This document shows positions 28,460 through 37,868 of a stretch of DNA of 64,000 nt, one piece after another. This DNA comes from Pseudomonadota bacterium (GTDB lineage Bacteria; Pseudomonadota; Alphaproteobacteria; Caulobacterales; Hyphomonadaceae). A model generated the notes under the pieces. The model did no database searches. It was not told the origin of the DNA and worked only from the letters and a program-made list of their open reading frames with translations. The stretch lies in assembly GCA_039818665.1 (NCBI GenBank), contig JBCBTJ010000002.1, positions 16,195 through 80,194 on the forward strand, given 5' to 3'. Numbering within the stretch: the first letter of the stretch is position 1; every line of letters starts with the position of its first letter. A program made the position numbers and the translations under genes.

Positions 28460-28475
28460 GCAGAATAGATTCTGC
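28460..28475. promoter_or_regulatory. perfect inverted repeat GCAGAAT-AG-ATTCTGC upstream of islet ORF A
   Basis: Read directly from the sequence: 7-bp arms and a 2-nt spacer, ending 23 nt upstream of the GTG at 28499. Candidate operator or small hairpin. Confidence 0.3.
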
Positions 28476-28498
28476 ATATGGATTAGAACGCGTATGGG

Positions 28499-29503
28499 GT
28501 GAACACTCATCAGGAAGAACAAGTGAGTAAACTGCATAATGAGATGCTCAATTGGGCAACCCCGATCATAACCGGGGAAGATTGGCACTGGTTTGGTTGG
28601 CTGTTTGCGCAACGACCTACACGACCGTTTGTAACCCACTTAGTTGATGCTTGCGTCGAATGCGAATTGGGGCTCGAAGGGTTAGGATGGTCCCTGCTTA
28701 AAGACGTGGCCAGCATCTCGGGAAAAGAAAAGCACGAACCACATTACGAGATGCTGCTGCAGAAGCTCTCAGAAATCTTGATTCTCAATCAGCTCTTAAA
28801 GCTCCCCTGGCCTGAAGAGGCATCCTTCGAGCATGAGCCTTCGGCGGCACCAAATGGCAAAAGACCGGAATTGAAGGTTGAGACCCATCAACAAGTTTTC
28901 CTGTTTGAGGTGAAAGCGCCGGCGTTGTTATCGCATCAGCGCGCTAGAGCACTGAATCCGCTTCAGTATCCGGGGCGAATGTTTGATATGTCGATGCGCG
29001 CCATACTGTCGGGAGAGCAAGGCTCAACCTTACCCCGTGATAATCCGGTAAAGGACTTCCTGATCAGTGCGCAGAAAAAATTCTCAGAGTTCAATTTCGA
29101 GAAAGAGACATTCGGAATTCTCATCATAGTATGGGACGATTTTATATATGAACCTATAACCAGCTTGGTTCATGAAGAAAGCCAGGGGCTATTGACGGTG
29201 AATTCTTTTGCCCAAGACGAGGACGGAGCACCGTTAGAGTTCCCGAATATTAACTCGGTCATTGCAGTAAGGCATCTGCTCTATTTCCAAAAAGAAGTAG
29301 CGGAGACGTCACTCGAACGCAGCCACTGCTTCGATTTTGGAGGCGAGCATGACCTTCCGAATGTTGCGATATCAGTTCCTGGCACACTGGATGTTCCAGA
29401 GTTTGTGAAAGCGGGCCTTCGTGCTCTGGACTATGACGATGAGCGAATTAGCAGATCTGCAGACTACCGTCCCCAAGAATTGGTTATGTGGCTTAACATC
29501 TAA
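28499..29503 (+). CDS. islet ORF A: hypothetical protein with a PD-(D/E)xK nuclease-like motif arrangement
   Basis: 334 codons open in ~42% GC DNA, where stops should be frequent. GTG start at 28499, alternative ATG at 28544. Motif layout: helix HEPHYEMLLQKLSEILILNQL, then KRPE(124)LKVET, then VFLFE(137)VK(139)AP, then helix DNPVKDFLISAQKKF, then strand FGILIIVWDD. Confidence 0.6.
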   Translation: MNTHQEEQVSKLHNEMLNWATPIITGEDWHWFGWLFAQRPTRPFVTHLVDACVECELGLEGLGWSLLKDVASISGKEKHEPHYEMLLQKLSEILILNQLLKLPWPEEASFEHEPSAAPNGKRPELKVETHQQVFLFEVKAPALLSHQRARALNPLQYPGRMFDMSMRAILSGEQGSTLPRDNPVKDFLISAQKKFSEFNFEKETFGILIIVWDDFIYEPITSLVHEESQGLLTVNSFAQDEDGAPLEFPNINSVIAVRHLLYFQKEVAETSLERSHCFDFGGEHDLPNVAISVPGTLDVPEFVKAGLRALDYDDERISRSADYRPQELVMWLNI

Positions 29504-29615
29504 CCCAAGCCCGATTTGTCCGCGTTGATGGTATTCGCGAACGGCTTAAGCCCGCCCCATCTAAGACACTTGTGATTTCTGGAATGGGCGCAGAAGCAGT
29601 CGTTAGAAGTTACCT

Positions 29616-29915
29616 CTAAGATCTATACCAGTCCTGATCTGGTAGCTGACGTAACAATTGCCCTACGACTTCCAAGGCTCCGTTGTTATCGGCCCATACC
29701 AACAACTCAACGAGCCTATCGTTCTTCTCTCGATCAGTGCTTAGCGTCCATCCGCTGAGGACAAGCGGATGAGGGGGCGTCCACCGCCGATCGTGCTGGC
29801 GCAGTCTTTCCCAAAGAGTTTTCCACGGGATTGGCTTAGGACTCACCCGATCGTCGACGCAGCATTGGCGCAAGACTAACCGCGCTTCATCGCTAATGTT
29901 GTTGTTCTCAGGCAC
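29616..29915 (-). CDS. islet ORF B: small Trp-rich hypothetical protein, translationally coupled to ORF C
   Basis: 99 aa. GTG start at 29915 overlaps the last codons and stop of ORF C by 8 nt, with GAGG about 10 nt upstream. No internal Met and no TM segment. 6 Trp (IPWKTLWERL, RRWTPPHPLVLSGWTLS, LLVWADNNG, DQDWY). Confidence 0.45.
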   Translation of the reverse strand: MPENNNISDEARLVLRQCCVDDRVSPKPIPWKTLWERLRQHDRRWTPPHPLVLSGWTLSTDREKNDRLVELLVWADNNGALEVVGQLLRQLPDQDWYRS

Positions 29916-30591
29916 CTTCGTTTAACCTCATGACCCAATTTGAAATGGCGTCTACAAATAGTGGAATAATCGCCGCAGCAGCCGTCACACCGAATAGTAT
30001 TGCGAAGAACAAACCAACAATTTGCAGTGTCAAATTCAGTCGTCTGGTCCATTCCGGAATAACACGAGTGATCAATAATTTTCCGGGAAACACCAGTCCG
30101 TCGTTGGTGCGTACCTGTATGATCTGCGGCCCTTGATCCACGTAGTGCACATGGATTTGAAGAAGCTCCTGAGGCCCCAAATTTCCGAGCCTCAAAGTGC
30201 AGTGTCCTTCAGCTATGGTTTCCACGCCAAAGTTACGGTTCGGGACGACCCGCAGCTGCCAATCCATCGGACGAAAACTTAGCACAACTTCGCAGTCTTC
30301 CGCCGTTTCGCCGCCCAAATTCTGCAGAATTACGACCTCCGAATGCACCTGAGATGGTGGGTGGCCTTGCTCCTGGGTTGGGATCAAAAAGGATGCACGA
30401 GGTAAGACATTCCAGAATAAGTCTGGTTTTCTTCGGAGTTGATCCTTGACCCTCCACACAATCATTGCAGTGAGCACGGCTGAAATCGCACTAATGACTT
30501 GAGATGCAATCAAGCCCAACACTCCATCATGCGTGAAACCAACGACCCACGAGTCGTCTCGCACCCTAATTCTCGGAAAAGGGATACGCAA
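29908..30591 (-). CDS. islet ORF C: hypothetical two-TM membrane protein with a central beta-rich domain
   Basis: 227 codons open in low-GC DNA. TM1 is GVLGLIASQVISAISAVLTAMIVW and TM2 is LTLQIVGLFFAILFGVTAAAAIIPLF, flanking a ~135-aa soluble segment. The start is non-ATG: TTG 30591, GTG 30564 or GTG 30522. Confidence 0.6.
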   Translation of the reverse strand: MRIPFPRIRVRDDSWVVGFTHDGVLGLIASQVISAISAVLTAMIVWRVKDQLRRKPDLFWNVLPRASFLIPTQEQGHPPSQVHSEVVILQNLGGETAEDCEVVLSFRPMDWQLRVVPNRNFGVETIAEGHCTLRLGNLGPQELLQIHVHYVDQGPQIIQVRTNDGLVFPGKLLITRVIPEWTRRLNLTLQIVGLFFAILFGVTAAAAIIPLFVDAISNWVMRLNEGA

Positions 30592-31076
30592 CGATCATGG
30601 CGGCGGCCTTGTCTGCTCCCGTCGCTAGCCGGCGACAAGAAGTCATCCAGCTTCGTCGATATTTGGTAGCTGTATTTCATGATGTGCTAGACATATGAGC
30701 GCTTGGCGGGAGGGTCTGCGCGGCCAATGACTGCAATTGGGATCAACCCGCCATTCACACGATCATGTCCAAGCGGTGCAAACGGCCAAATTCTGTCGTT
30801 TTGATTGAGTATGAACCTATGGGAGGTCCGTCGCTGGATGACGCAGAACCGTGCGTCTCGGCGGACCCCGCTAAGGTACGCCGTCGACCGCCAGGCGCGC
30901 CAAGCCCGGCGCGCTCGGACCGCCCATATGCACTCTTCCAGCGCGGACCGGGACTCTTCGGCCAATATCCATAGGCCCTCGCCAGGCGCATCGACACTGT
31001 CGATGGGGCCCGATTCCAGGCGCCGATCATCGTGGATAGATTGCGCGGCGGCGGCGCGGGCGCCGGGCCTGGGGTT

Positions 31077-32909
31077 TTAAGATTTCGCCTGTGGGGCGAG
31101 CCGGATGTTGAGCTCGCGCAGCTGCGCGTCGCTCACCGGCGAGGGCGCGCCCATCATCAGATCGCGCGCCTGCTGGTTCATCGGGAACAGCGTCACGTCC
31201 CTCAAATTCTCGACATCCGCCAGCAACATGACGATCCGGTCGACGCCGGGCGCGATGCCGCCATGGGGCGGGGCGCCATAGCGGAAGGCGTTCAGCATGC
31301 CGCCGAACTCGGCCTCGACCACGTCGGGCCCGTAGCCGGCGACCTCGAAGGCTTTCAGCATGATGTCCGGCCGGTGGTTCCGGATCGCGCCGGAGGACAG
31401 CTCGATCCCATTACAGACAATGTCGTATTGGTAGGCTTTGAGATCGAGGATCTCGTCGTCCGTCTTGGCGCCCTCCAGCGCGGCCAGCCCGCCTTGGGGC
31501 ATGGAGAAGGGGTTGTGCGAGAAGTCGATCTTCTTCGCGTCCTCGTCATACTCGTACATCGGAAAATCGACGACCCAGCAGAAGCGGAAGACGTCTTTTT
31601 CAACGAGATCAAGGTCTTCGCCGATTTTGAGACGCGCCGCGCCGGCGAGCTTGTAGGCGTCGGCGGGCTTGCCGGCTGAGAAGAACACCCCGTCGCCGTC
31701 GCCGAGCCCGGTCTCTTTGAGGAAGGCCGCGAGATGATCGGGGTCGAAGTTTTTGAGCGCGGGGTCTTGGCTCGCGACCGCGCCGCCCTCGCCGGTTTTG
31801 AGGCGCGCATAGCCGAGGCCCGGCGCCTGCATCTCTTTCTTCGCCCAGCCGTCGAGATCGTCGAAGAATTTGCGCGATTGGGCCGCGGTCGCCTGGGGGG
31901 CCGGGATGGCGACCACTTCGCCGCCGCCTTTGATGATTTTCGCGAAGATGCCGAAGCCGGTCTTGCCCTCGTCGACGAAGAAGTCGGTGACGTCCTGCAG
32001 CTCGATCGGGTTGCGCAGGTCCGGCTTGTCCGAGCCGTATTTCGCCATCGCCTCGGCGTAGGGAATGCGCGGGAACGGGCCGCCGGGAACGGTCCGGCCC
32101 TTGCCCCGCCAGTCGGCGAACTCCTCGAACACCCCGCGCATCACCGGCTCGATCGCCTGGAACACGTCCTCCTGGGTGACGAAGCTCATCTCCACATCGA
32201 GCTGGTAAAACTCGCCTGGCGAGCGATCGGCGCGCGCGTCTTCATCGCGGAAACACGCGGCGATCTGGAAGTACCGGTCAAACCCCGAGACCATCAGCAA
32301 CTGCTTAAACTGCTGCGGCGCCTGCGGCAGCGCATAGAACTCGCCGGGGTGCAGGCGGGAGGGCACGAGAAAGTCGCGCGCGCCTTCCGGACTGGAGGCC
32401 GTGAGGATCGGCGTTTGATATTCGGTGAAGCCCTGCTCGACCATGCGCCGGCGGATTGCGGCGATGACCTCTGAGCGCAGGATCATATTGGCGTGCAGCG
32501 TCTCGCGGCGGAGGTCGAGATAGCGGTGAGTCAGTCGGATATCTTCGGGATAGTCCGGTTCGCCAAACACCGGCAGCGGCAGCTCGGCGGCTTCGGACTG
32601 CACCTCGATCTCGCCCGCGACCACTTCGATCTCGCCCGTGTTGAGATTGTCGTTCACAAGCTCTGCATCGCGCGCGACCACTTTGCCTTCGACGGTGAAT
32701 ACGCTTTCAGCCCGAAGCCGCTCCACGGTCTCAAAGCCCGCCGCGCCCGGATTGAAGACGATTTGCGTCAGCCCGAAATGGTCGCGCAGATCGATGAAGA
32801 TCACGCCGCCATGGTCGCGCCGGCGGTGTAGCCACCCGGACAATTTCACCGTCTCGCCGACATGGCGTTTGCGCAGTTCGCCGCAGGTGTGTGAGCGATA
32901 GGCGTGCAT
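31077..32909 (-). CDS. aspS: aspartate--tRNA ligase
   Basis: ATG at 32909 ([13 protein letters not shown]...), AAGGA upstream. Class II aaRS motifs: [17 protein letters not shown] and [14 protein letters not shown]. Confidence 0.95.
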   Translation of the reverse strand: MHAYRSHTCGELRKRHVGETVKLSGWLHRRRDHGGVIFIDLRDHFGLTQIVFNPGAAGFETVERLRAESVFTVEGKVVARDAELVNDNLNTGEIEVVAGEIEVQSEAAELPLPVFGEPDYPEDIRLTHRYLDLRRETLHANMILRSEVIAAIRRRMVEQGFTEYQTPILTASSPEGARDFLVPSRLHPGEFYALPQAPQQFKQLLMVSGFDRYFQIAACFRDEDARADRSPGEFYQLDVEMSFVTQEDVFQAIEPVMRGVFEEFADWRGKGRTVPGGPFPRIPYAEAMAKYGSDKPDLRNPIELQDVTDFFVDEGKTGFGIFAKIIKGGGEVVAIPAPQATAAQSRKFFDDLDGWAKKEMQAPGLGYARLKTGEGGAVASQDPALKNFDPDHLAAFLKETGLGDGDGVFFSAGKPADAYKLAGAARLKIGEDLDLVEKDVFRFCWVVDFPMYEYDEDAKKIDFSHNPFSMPQGGLAALEGAKTDDEILDLKAYQYDIVCNGIELSSGAIRNHRPDIMLKAFEVAGYGPDVVEAEFGGMLNAFRYGAPPHGGIAPGVDRIVMLLADVENLRDVTLFPMNQQARDLMMGAPSPVSDAQLRELNIRLAPQAKS

Positions 32910-33006
32910 GCGTGTCTGGTCCTTATTCAATCCCTTGGGGGCAAGCCGGGCGCAGACGCGCAGCGCCGCTAGCCTTTGTCAAGCCGATCGGCTACCGGTG
33001 CGCGCC

Positions 33007-34182
33007 ATGACGAACACCCCCCTGACGCCGATCATCGATCAGGACGCGCTGGAGCGCTTTTGCGACGCGCTGTCCGAGCACGATTTCATCTGCGTCGACA
33101 CCGAATTTCACCGCGAGACAACCTTTTGGCCGCAGCTCTGCCTAGTGCAGGCCTCCGCGCCGGGCGTCGAGGGGCTCATCGATCCCCTGCACGGCGATTT
33201 GGACATCGGCCCGTTCCTGCGCCTCATCGAGGCGGAGAGCCGCGTCAAAGTGTTTCACGCCGCGCGCCAGGATCTCGAGATCTTCACGCGCCTGATCGGC
33301 CATCCGCCCGGCCCGATCTTCGACACCCAGATCGCGGCCATGGCCCTCGGCCTCGGCGACTCGATCTCCTACGACAATCTCATCCAACAGGTGCTGCGCC
33401 GGAAGGTCGACAAATCCTCCCAGTTCACCGACTGGACCCGCCGGCCTTTAAGCGAAAAGCAGCTCGCCTACGCCCTCGGCGACGTCACCCATCTGCGAGA
33501 CGCCTATCTGGAAATGAAGCGCCAGCTCGAGGACAAGGACCGCCTCAGCTGGGTGCACGCTGAAATGGCCGAGCTTGAAGAGCCGTCGCTGTACGATACC
33601 GCGCCGGAAAACGCCTGGCAGCGCCTCAAGCTCCGCAAGCCGAAGAAAGACTACGCCGCGATTGTCGCCGCCGTCGCGGCCTGGCGCGAGGCGCGCGCTC
33701 AAGAAATCGACAAGCCGCGCCGGCGCATTTTAAAAGATGACGCGATCCAAGAGATCGCCGATCAAAAACCGCGCACTGAGCAGGCCTTTGACACGCTGCG
33801 CGCCGTGCCCAAGGGCTTTATCCGCTCACGGCACGCCGAAGGTCTGCTCGAAACAGTGCTCGCCGCGATCGAGGATCCCGAAGGGCACGCACCCAATCTT
33901 CCGCCAAGAGCCCAAAACGCACAAACGCCCGCCGGCGCGCCGGAGATGCTTAAAGTGCTGCTTAAGCACGTCTCCGACGAGGCTGGCGTCGTGCCGCGCC
34001 TGATCGCAAACGCAGCCGACATCGAGCGCATCGCGCGCGGCGAGGAGGACGGCGTGCCGGCCTTTTCAGGATGGCGCGACGAGGTGTTCGGAAAGCGCGC
34101 CCGCGCGCTCTTGTCGGGGCGCCTCGCGCTGTCTTTCGAAAAGGGCCAGGTGCGATTGTTCGAGACCGAGGCGGCGAGCTAA
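33007..34182 (+). CDS. rnd: ribonuclease D
   Basis: Internal ATG at 33007. DTEFHRETTFWPQLCLVQ DEDD exonuclease motif, YALGDVTHL, and an HRDC-like C-terminus. Confidence 0.85.
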   Translation: MTNTPLTPIIDQDALERFCDALSEHDFICVDTEFHRETTFWPQLCLVQASAPGVEGLIDPLHGDLDIGPFLRLIEAESRVKVFHAARQDLEIFTRLIGHPPGPIFDTQIAAMALGLGDSISYDNLIQQVLRRKVDKSSQFTDWTRRPLSEKQLAYALGDVTHLRDAYLEMKRQLEDKDRLSWVHAEMAELEEPSLYDTAPENAWQRLKLRKPKKDYAAIVAAVAAWREARAQEIDKPRRRILKDDAIQEIADQKPRTEQAFDTLRAVPKGFIRSRHAEGLLETVLAAIEDPEGHAPNLPPRAQNAQTPAGAPEMLKVLLKHVSDEAGVVPRLIANAADIERIARGEEDGVPAFSGWRDEVFGKRARALLSGRLALSFEKGQVRLFETEAAS

Positions 34183-34194
34183 CCCGCTGCATTG

Positions 34195-35682
34195 TCAAAC
34201 CAATTGCAGCTCCGGCTTCAGCCCTAAAATGTCCGCCGCTTGATTGAGTCGGCGAGAAACAGCCTCCGAAATCATGCCCTCGCGCGACTTCGAAACGACG
34301 AGCGTCAAAGCGCCGTCCGCCGTCTGGAGGGAGCTTGAGGCGAGTACGTCGGCCGAGCGCCCTGAAAGCACCGCCCCCAAACGCATGCACGCCCCGAGCT
34401 GACGCGCAGCGAGCTCAGACTCTGGCGACAAAAGCGGCGTCATATCGCTCGGCGCGCGAAACCGGCGCGAATACCGCGCTGCGACGGCCAGCGCGATGAA
34501 CGCCCGTTCCGCATGATCGGCGCCGGCATAAGCGCCGCGAAGCGCCAGCTGATACGCCAGCTGCGCGCGGTGGTCGGGGTGCAGCCGGGCGCCGGAGTCC
34601 GCCAACAGACACGCGGCCTGGTCGATGCGGGCGCGCTCGGTTCCCAAACCGAAAAGATTGGGCTCGGGCTCAATCGCCGGCGAGACGAAGCTGTAGAGCG
34701 CGTCGCCAAACCGGCGCTGGCCGGGCCCCAGCCGGGCCGACAAGGCGATGCCTGCGAGGAGCGGGTCGTCGCGAGATCGTCCCACGAGGTCGAACAGCAC
34801 GCCTTCGCGAAGTCCATGGGCCGACAGAATAGCCTCGCTGAAACGTCCGGCTTCGCACATCTCTTCAAGCAGCACCGCAGCGTAGGGAAGCGTCGCGGAC
34901 CGCCGGCCGGCGACCGAGTCCCGCCGCGCGCGGCTGACCGTGTCCGTCGCCAGCGCTGCTTTGGCCGCCGAACGCACAGCCTTCGGACTCATGCGATAGC
35001 CATGGAGAAGACGCAAAGGATACTCCGTCAGCTCCATGTGAAGTTTCGCCAGGCTCCGCCAGGCGCCGCCGACCAAGTGGAAAGAGCCGCCCTGCCCGCG
35101 CACGACGGACGAGCCCTTCAAGGCTTTCCGGACCTCTCGGCGAATCGACTTTTCGTCGAACCTGACATCGGGCGTCATGATCAAGGGTCCGAGCAGGTGG
35201 GTCTCGGTGCGTCCGATCCGGCCATCGCCGATCTCCGACACTTCAAGGCTCGAGCCGCCTAGGTCGCCGGCGATACCGGTCGCGGTCGCGGACCCGGTCA
35301 GCACGCCAAGCGCCGACAGGCGGGCCTCGTCATCGCCCGACAAGACCCGTACGGGCACGCCTAACGTCTCGGCGGCGCGCGCGGCGAAGTCCGCCCCATC
35401 GTCTGCGTCCCGCACCGCGGCGGTGGCGACGCCGGCGGCTTGCGACACGCCGAGCCCATCGAGCACCGCGCGGAACCGGATCAACGCGCCCATCGCCATC
35501 TCTACGCCGTCGGTGGACAAACGCCCGGTTTCGCGAACGCCGCGCCCGAGGCCCGCCATGACTTTTTCGTTGAAATGGGCGAGCGCGCCGGCGCCGGAGA
35601 CGTCATAAACGACCAAGCGAACGGAGTTCGACCCAATATCGATCACCCCGGCCCTGACCGCTCCGCCCCCCGGCGGCGTCAT
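34195..35682 (-). CDS. ppx: Ppx/GppA family exopolyphosphatase
   Basis: The ATG at 35682 forms an ATGA overlap with the ppk stop. [15 protein letters not shown] and [10 protein letters not shown] are typical of Ppx/GppA. Confidence 0.85.
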   Translation of the reverse strand: MTPPGGGAVRAGVIDIGSNSVRLVVYDVSGAGALAHFNEKVMAGLGRGVRETGRLSTDGVEMAMGALIRFRAVLDGLGVSQAAGVATAAVRDADDGADFAARAAETLGVPVRVLSGDDEARLSALGVLTGSATATGIAGDLGGSSLEVSEIGDGRIGRTETHLLGPLIMTPDVRFDEKSIRREVRKALKGSSVVRGQGGSFHLVGGAWRSLAKLHMELTEYPLRLLHGYRMSPKAVRSAAKAALATDTVSRARRDSVAGRRSATLPYAAVLLEEMCEAGRFSEAILSAHGLREGVLFDLVGRSRDDPLLAGIALSARLGPGQRRFGDALYSFVSPAIEPEPNLFGLGTERARIDQAACLLADSGARLHPDHRAQLAYQLALRGAYAGADHAERAFIALAVAARYSRRFRAPSDMTPLLSPESELAARQLGACMRLGAVLSGRSADVLASSSLQTADGALTLVVSKSREGMISEAVSRRLNQAADILGLKPELQLV

Positions 35683-37859
35683 TTGCCGCTTCGCTTCCTG
35701 GGGTTGAGACGCGGCGGCAAACGAATCTCCAGTCCGGAACCCCTGCCTGACAGGCTGGGATTGTTCATGAAATAGCCATGCGCGCCGAAGCCCGCCGCGT
35801 CCTTCGGCGGTTTGACCCGATGGAAATCGCCATCGGCGTCCAGCGTCCAACTTTGGGTGTCGTCGTTGAGATTGGCGACCATGATCTGATTGAGCACCTG
35901 GCGGTGCACAGTCGGGTTCTCGATGGGCACCAGCGTCTCGACCCGGCGCTTCAAATTGCGCGGCATCCAGTCGGCCGACGAGATAAACACTTTTGCTGTC
36001 GAAGACGGCAGCTCCGCGCCGTTGGCGAAGACGACTATTCGGGAATGCTCAAGAAACCGGCCGACGATGCTCTTCACCGTGATTGTTTCGGAGAGCCCTT
36101 TGATCCCAGGGCGGAGGCAGCAAATGCCGCGCACGATCAGATAAATCGGCACGCCCGCCTGGCTGGCCGCGTAGAGCGCGTCTATCACGTCCGGATCGAC
36201 CAGGGAGTTCATCTTCGCCCAAATGCCAGCAGGTTCGCCCGCCTTCGCTTTGGCCGCTTCCGCTTCGATCAGCTCCAACAGCTTCGGCTCGAGCGAGTTG
36301 GGCGACATGGCGAGCTTCTCAAGCGGCGGGTCCTTCGGCGGCGGCTCTTTGTAGGCGGTTACGAAATTGAACAGTCGGCCCGCATCGCGTCCAAGCGCCG
36401 GGTCGGCGGTGAAGAGCGACAGATCGGTGTAGATGCGCGCTGTGACCGGATGGTAATTCCCCGTCCCGAAATGGGTGTAGTAGCGCAGCGCCCCTTCTTC
36501 CTCGCGGACGATCAAGCTGACCTTGGCGTGGGTCTTATACTCGATGAAGCCGTAGACCACTTGGACGCCGGCGCGCTCCAAATCGCGCGCGAGGCGGAGA
36601 TTTGTCTCCTCATCGAACCGCGCTTTGATCTCGACCAAGGCCGTCACATTCTTGCCCGCCTCGGCCGCTTCGACGAGCGCCGCGACAATCGCTGAGTTGG
36701 GCGTGGTCCGATAAAGCGTTTGTTTGATGGCCACGACGTTCGGATCGTTCGCGGCCTGCCTGATGAACTGCACCACGACGTCGAACGACTCGTAGGGGTG
36801 ATGGACGATGATGTCTTTTTGGCGAATGGCCGCGAAGCAATCTCCGCCATGCTCGCGGATCCGCTCCGGATACCGGGGCTCATAGGGCGGGAATTGCAGG
36901 TCAGGTCGATCGTCGACAATCAGCTGAGACAGCTGAGCCATCCCTAAGATCCCGTCCGCCAACACCACGTCGTTCGGCTCCGCCTCGATTTCGGTCAGCA
37001 CCCGATCACGCAGATCCTCCGGCGCGTCGGCATTGATCTTGATCCGCACAATCCGTCCGCGGCGACGTTGCTTCAGCAAGATCTCAAACTCGCGGATCAG
37101 GTCTTCGGCCTCTTCCTCGATTTCGATGTCGCTGTCGCGCACGATCCTGAAAACACATCGTCCCTTGTCTTCGAAGCCTGGAAACAGCGTATCTAAGAAG
37201 AGCGGGATCACGTCTTCCAAGGCGACGAAACGGATCTTATCGCGGTCGCCGCGCGGCAGGCGGATGAAACGCGGCGTGAAGGTCGGGATGGGAACCAGGC
37301 CCGTCATCCGCTCTTGGCCGTCGTCGGACACAAGGTTGATCGCCATTGCGAAGCCAAGATTGGGAATGAATGGAAACGGATGGGCCGGATCGACGGATAA
37401 GGGCGTCAACACAGGAAAGATTCGGTCTTCGAAATGCCGGCGGAGCCAGGTTTTGTCTCCCCGCTTAAGGTCGGACGCGGAGAGTATTCGAATCCCATTG
37501 CCGTCGAGCTCGGTCTTCAGCGCTTTCCAACGTTCTTGTTGGCGCGTCATCAGCGCTGCAGCCACGTCCTCGATCTGCGAGATCTGCTGTTGCGGCGTCA
37601 AGCCGTCCTGACTGAGGCCGCCGAGACCGGCCCGGGCTTGCTCCCGCAAACCCGCATAGCGAACCATGTAGAACTCATCGAGATTGCTCGCTGAGATCGA
37701 CAAAAACCGGAGCCGCTCCAACAATGGATGGGAGTCGTTGGCCGCTTCATCCAACACGCGCGCGTTGAATGCGAGCCATGAGATTTCTCGATTGAAGAAG
37801 CGGTTTGGCGAAGCCGCGATGTCCGGGGGAGCGGTCGCTTCGGCGGCGGTGTCGGCCAC
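35679..37859 (-). CDS. ppk: polyphosphate kinase 1
   Basis: 726 aa. [19 protein letters not shown], the HxK PLD-like segments ([10 protein letters not shown] and [11 protein letters not shown]) and the length fit PPK1. Confidence 0.95.
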   Translation of the reverse strand: MADTAAEATAPPDIAASPNRFFNREISWLAFNARVLDEAANDSHPLLERLRFLSISASNLDEFYMVRYAGLREQARAGLGGLSQDGLTPQQQISQIEDVAAALMTRQQERWKALKTELDGNGIRILSASDLKRGDKTWLRRHFEDRIFPVLTPLSVDPAHPFPFIPNLGFAMAINLVSDDGQERMTGLVPIPTFTPRFIRLPRGDRDKIRFVALEDVIPLFLDTLFPGFEDKGRCVFRIVRDSDIEIEEEAEDLIREFEILLKQRRRGRIVRIKINADAPEDLRDRVLTEIEAEPNDVVLADGILGMAQLSQLIVDDRPDLQFPPYEPRYPERIREHGGDCFAAIRQKDIIVHHPYESFDVVVQFIRQAANDPNVVAIKQTLYRTTPNSAIVAALVEAAEAGKNVTALVEIKARFDEETNLRLARDLERAGVQVVYGFIEYKTHAKVSLIVREEEGALRYYTHFGTGNYHPVTARIYTDLSLFTADPALGRDAGRLFNFVTAYKEPPPKDPPLEKLAMSPNSLEPKLLELIEAEAAKAKAGEPAGIWAKMNSLVDPDVIDALYAASQAGVPIYLIVRGICCLRPGIKGLSETITVKSIVGRFLEHSRIVVFANGAELPSSTAKVFISSADWMPRNLKRRVETLVPIENPTVHRQVLNQIMVANLNDDTQSWTLDADGDFHRVKPPKDAAGFGAHGYFMNNPSLSGRGSGLEIRLPPRLNPRKRSGK

Positions 37860-37868
37860 GATGGGCTC

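Larger units (their letters stand above)
28160..30760. other. low-GC genomic islet (approximate boundaries) carrying three orphan genes
   Basis: Hand counts: 28501-28560 = 25/60 G+C and 30001-30060 = 26/60, against 40/60 at 31141-31200. The composition visibly shifts near 28160 and between 30700 and 30760. No integrase, transposase, tRNA or clear direct repeats were seen. Confidence 0.6.

Noticed and set aside
30510-30680. ATG-initiated 56-codon ORF (MKYSYQISTKLDDFLSPASDG...) overlapping the 5' end of ORF C in another frame
   Set aside because: It is short, has no recognisable features, and ends inside ORF C's first TM-coding region. It could be a leader peptide, or it could indicate a frameshift in ORF C, but the sequence alone does not support either.
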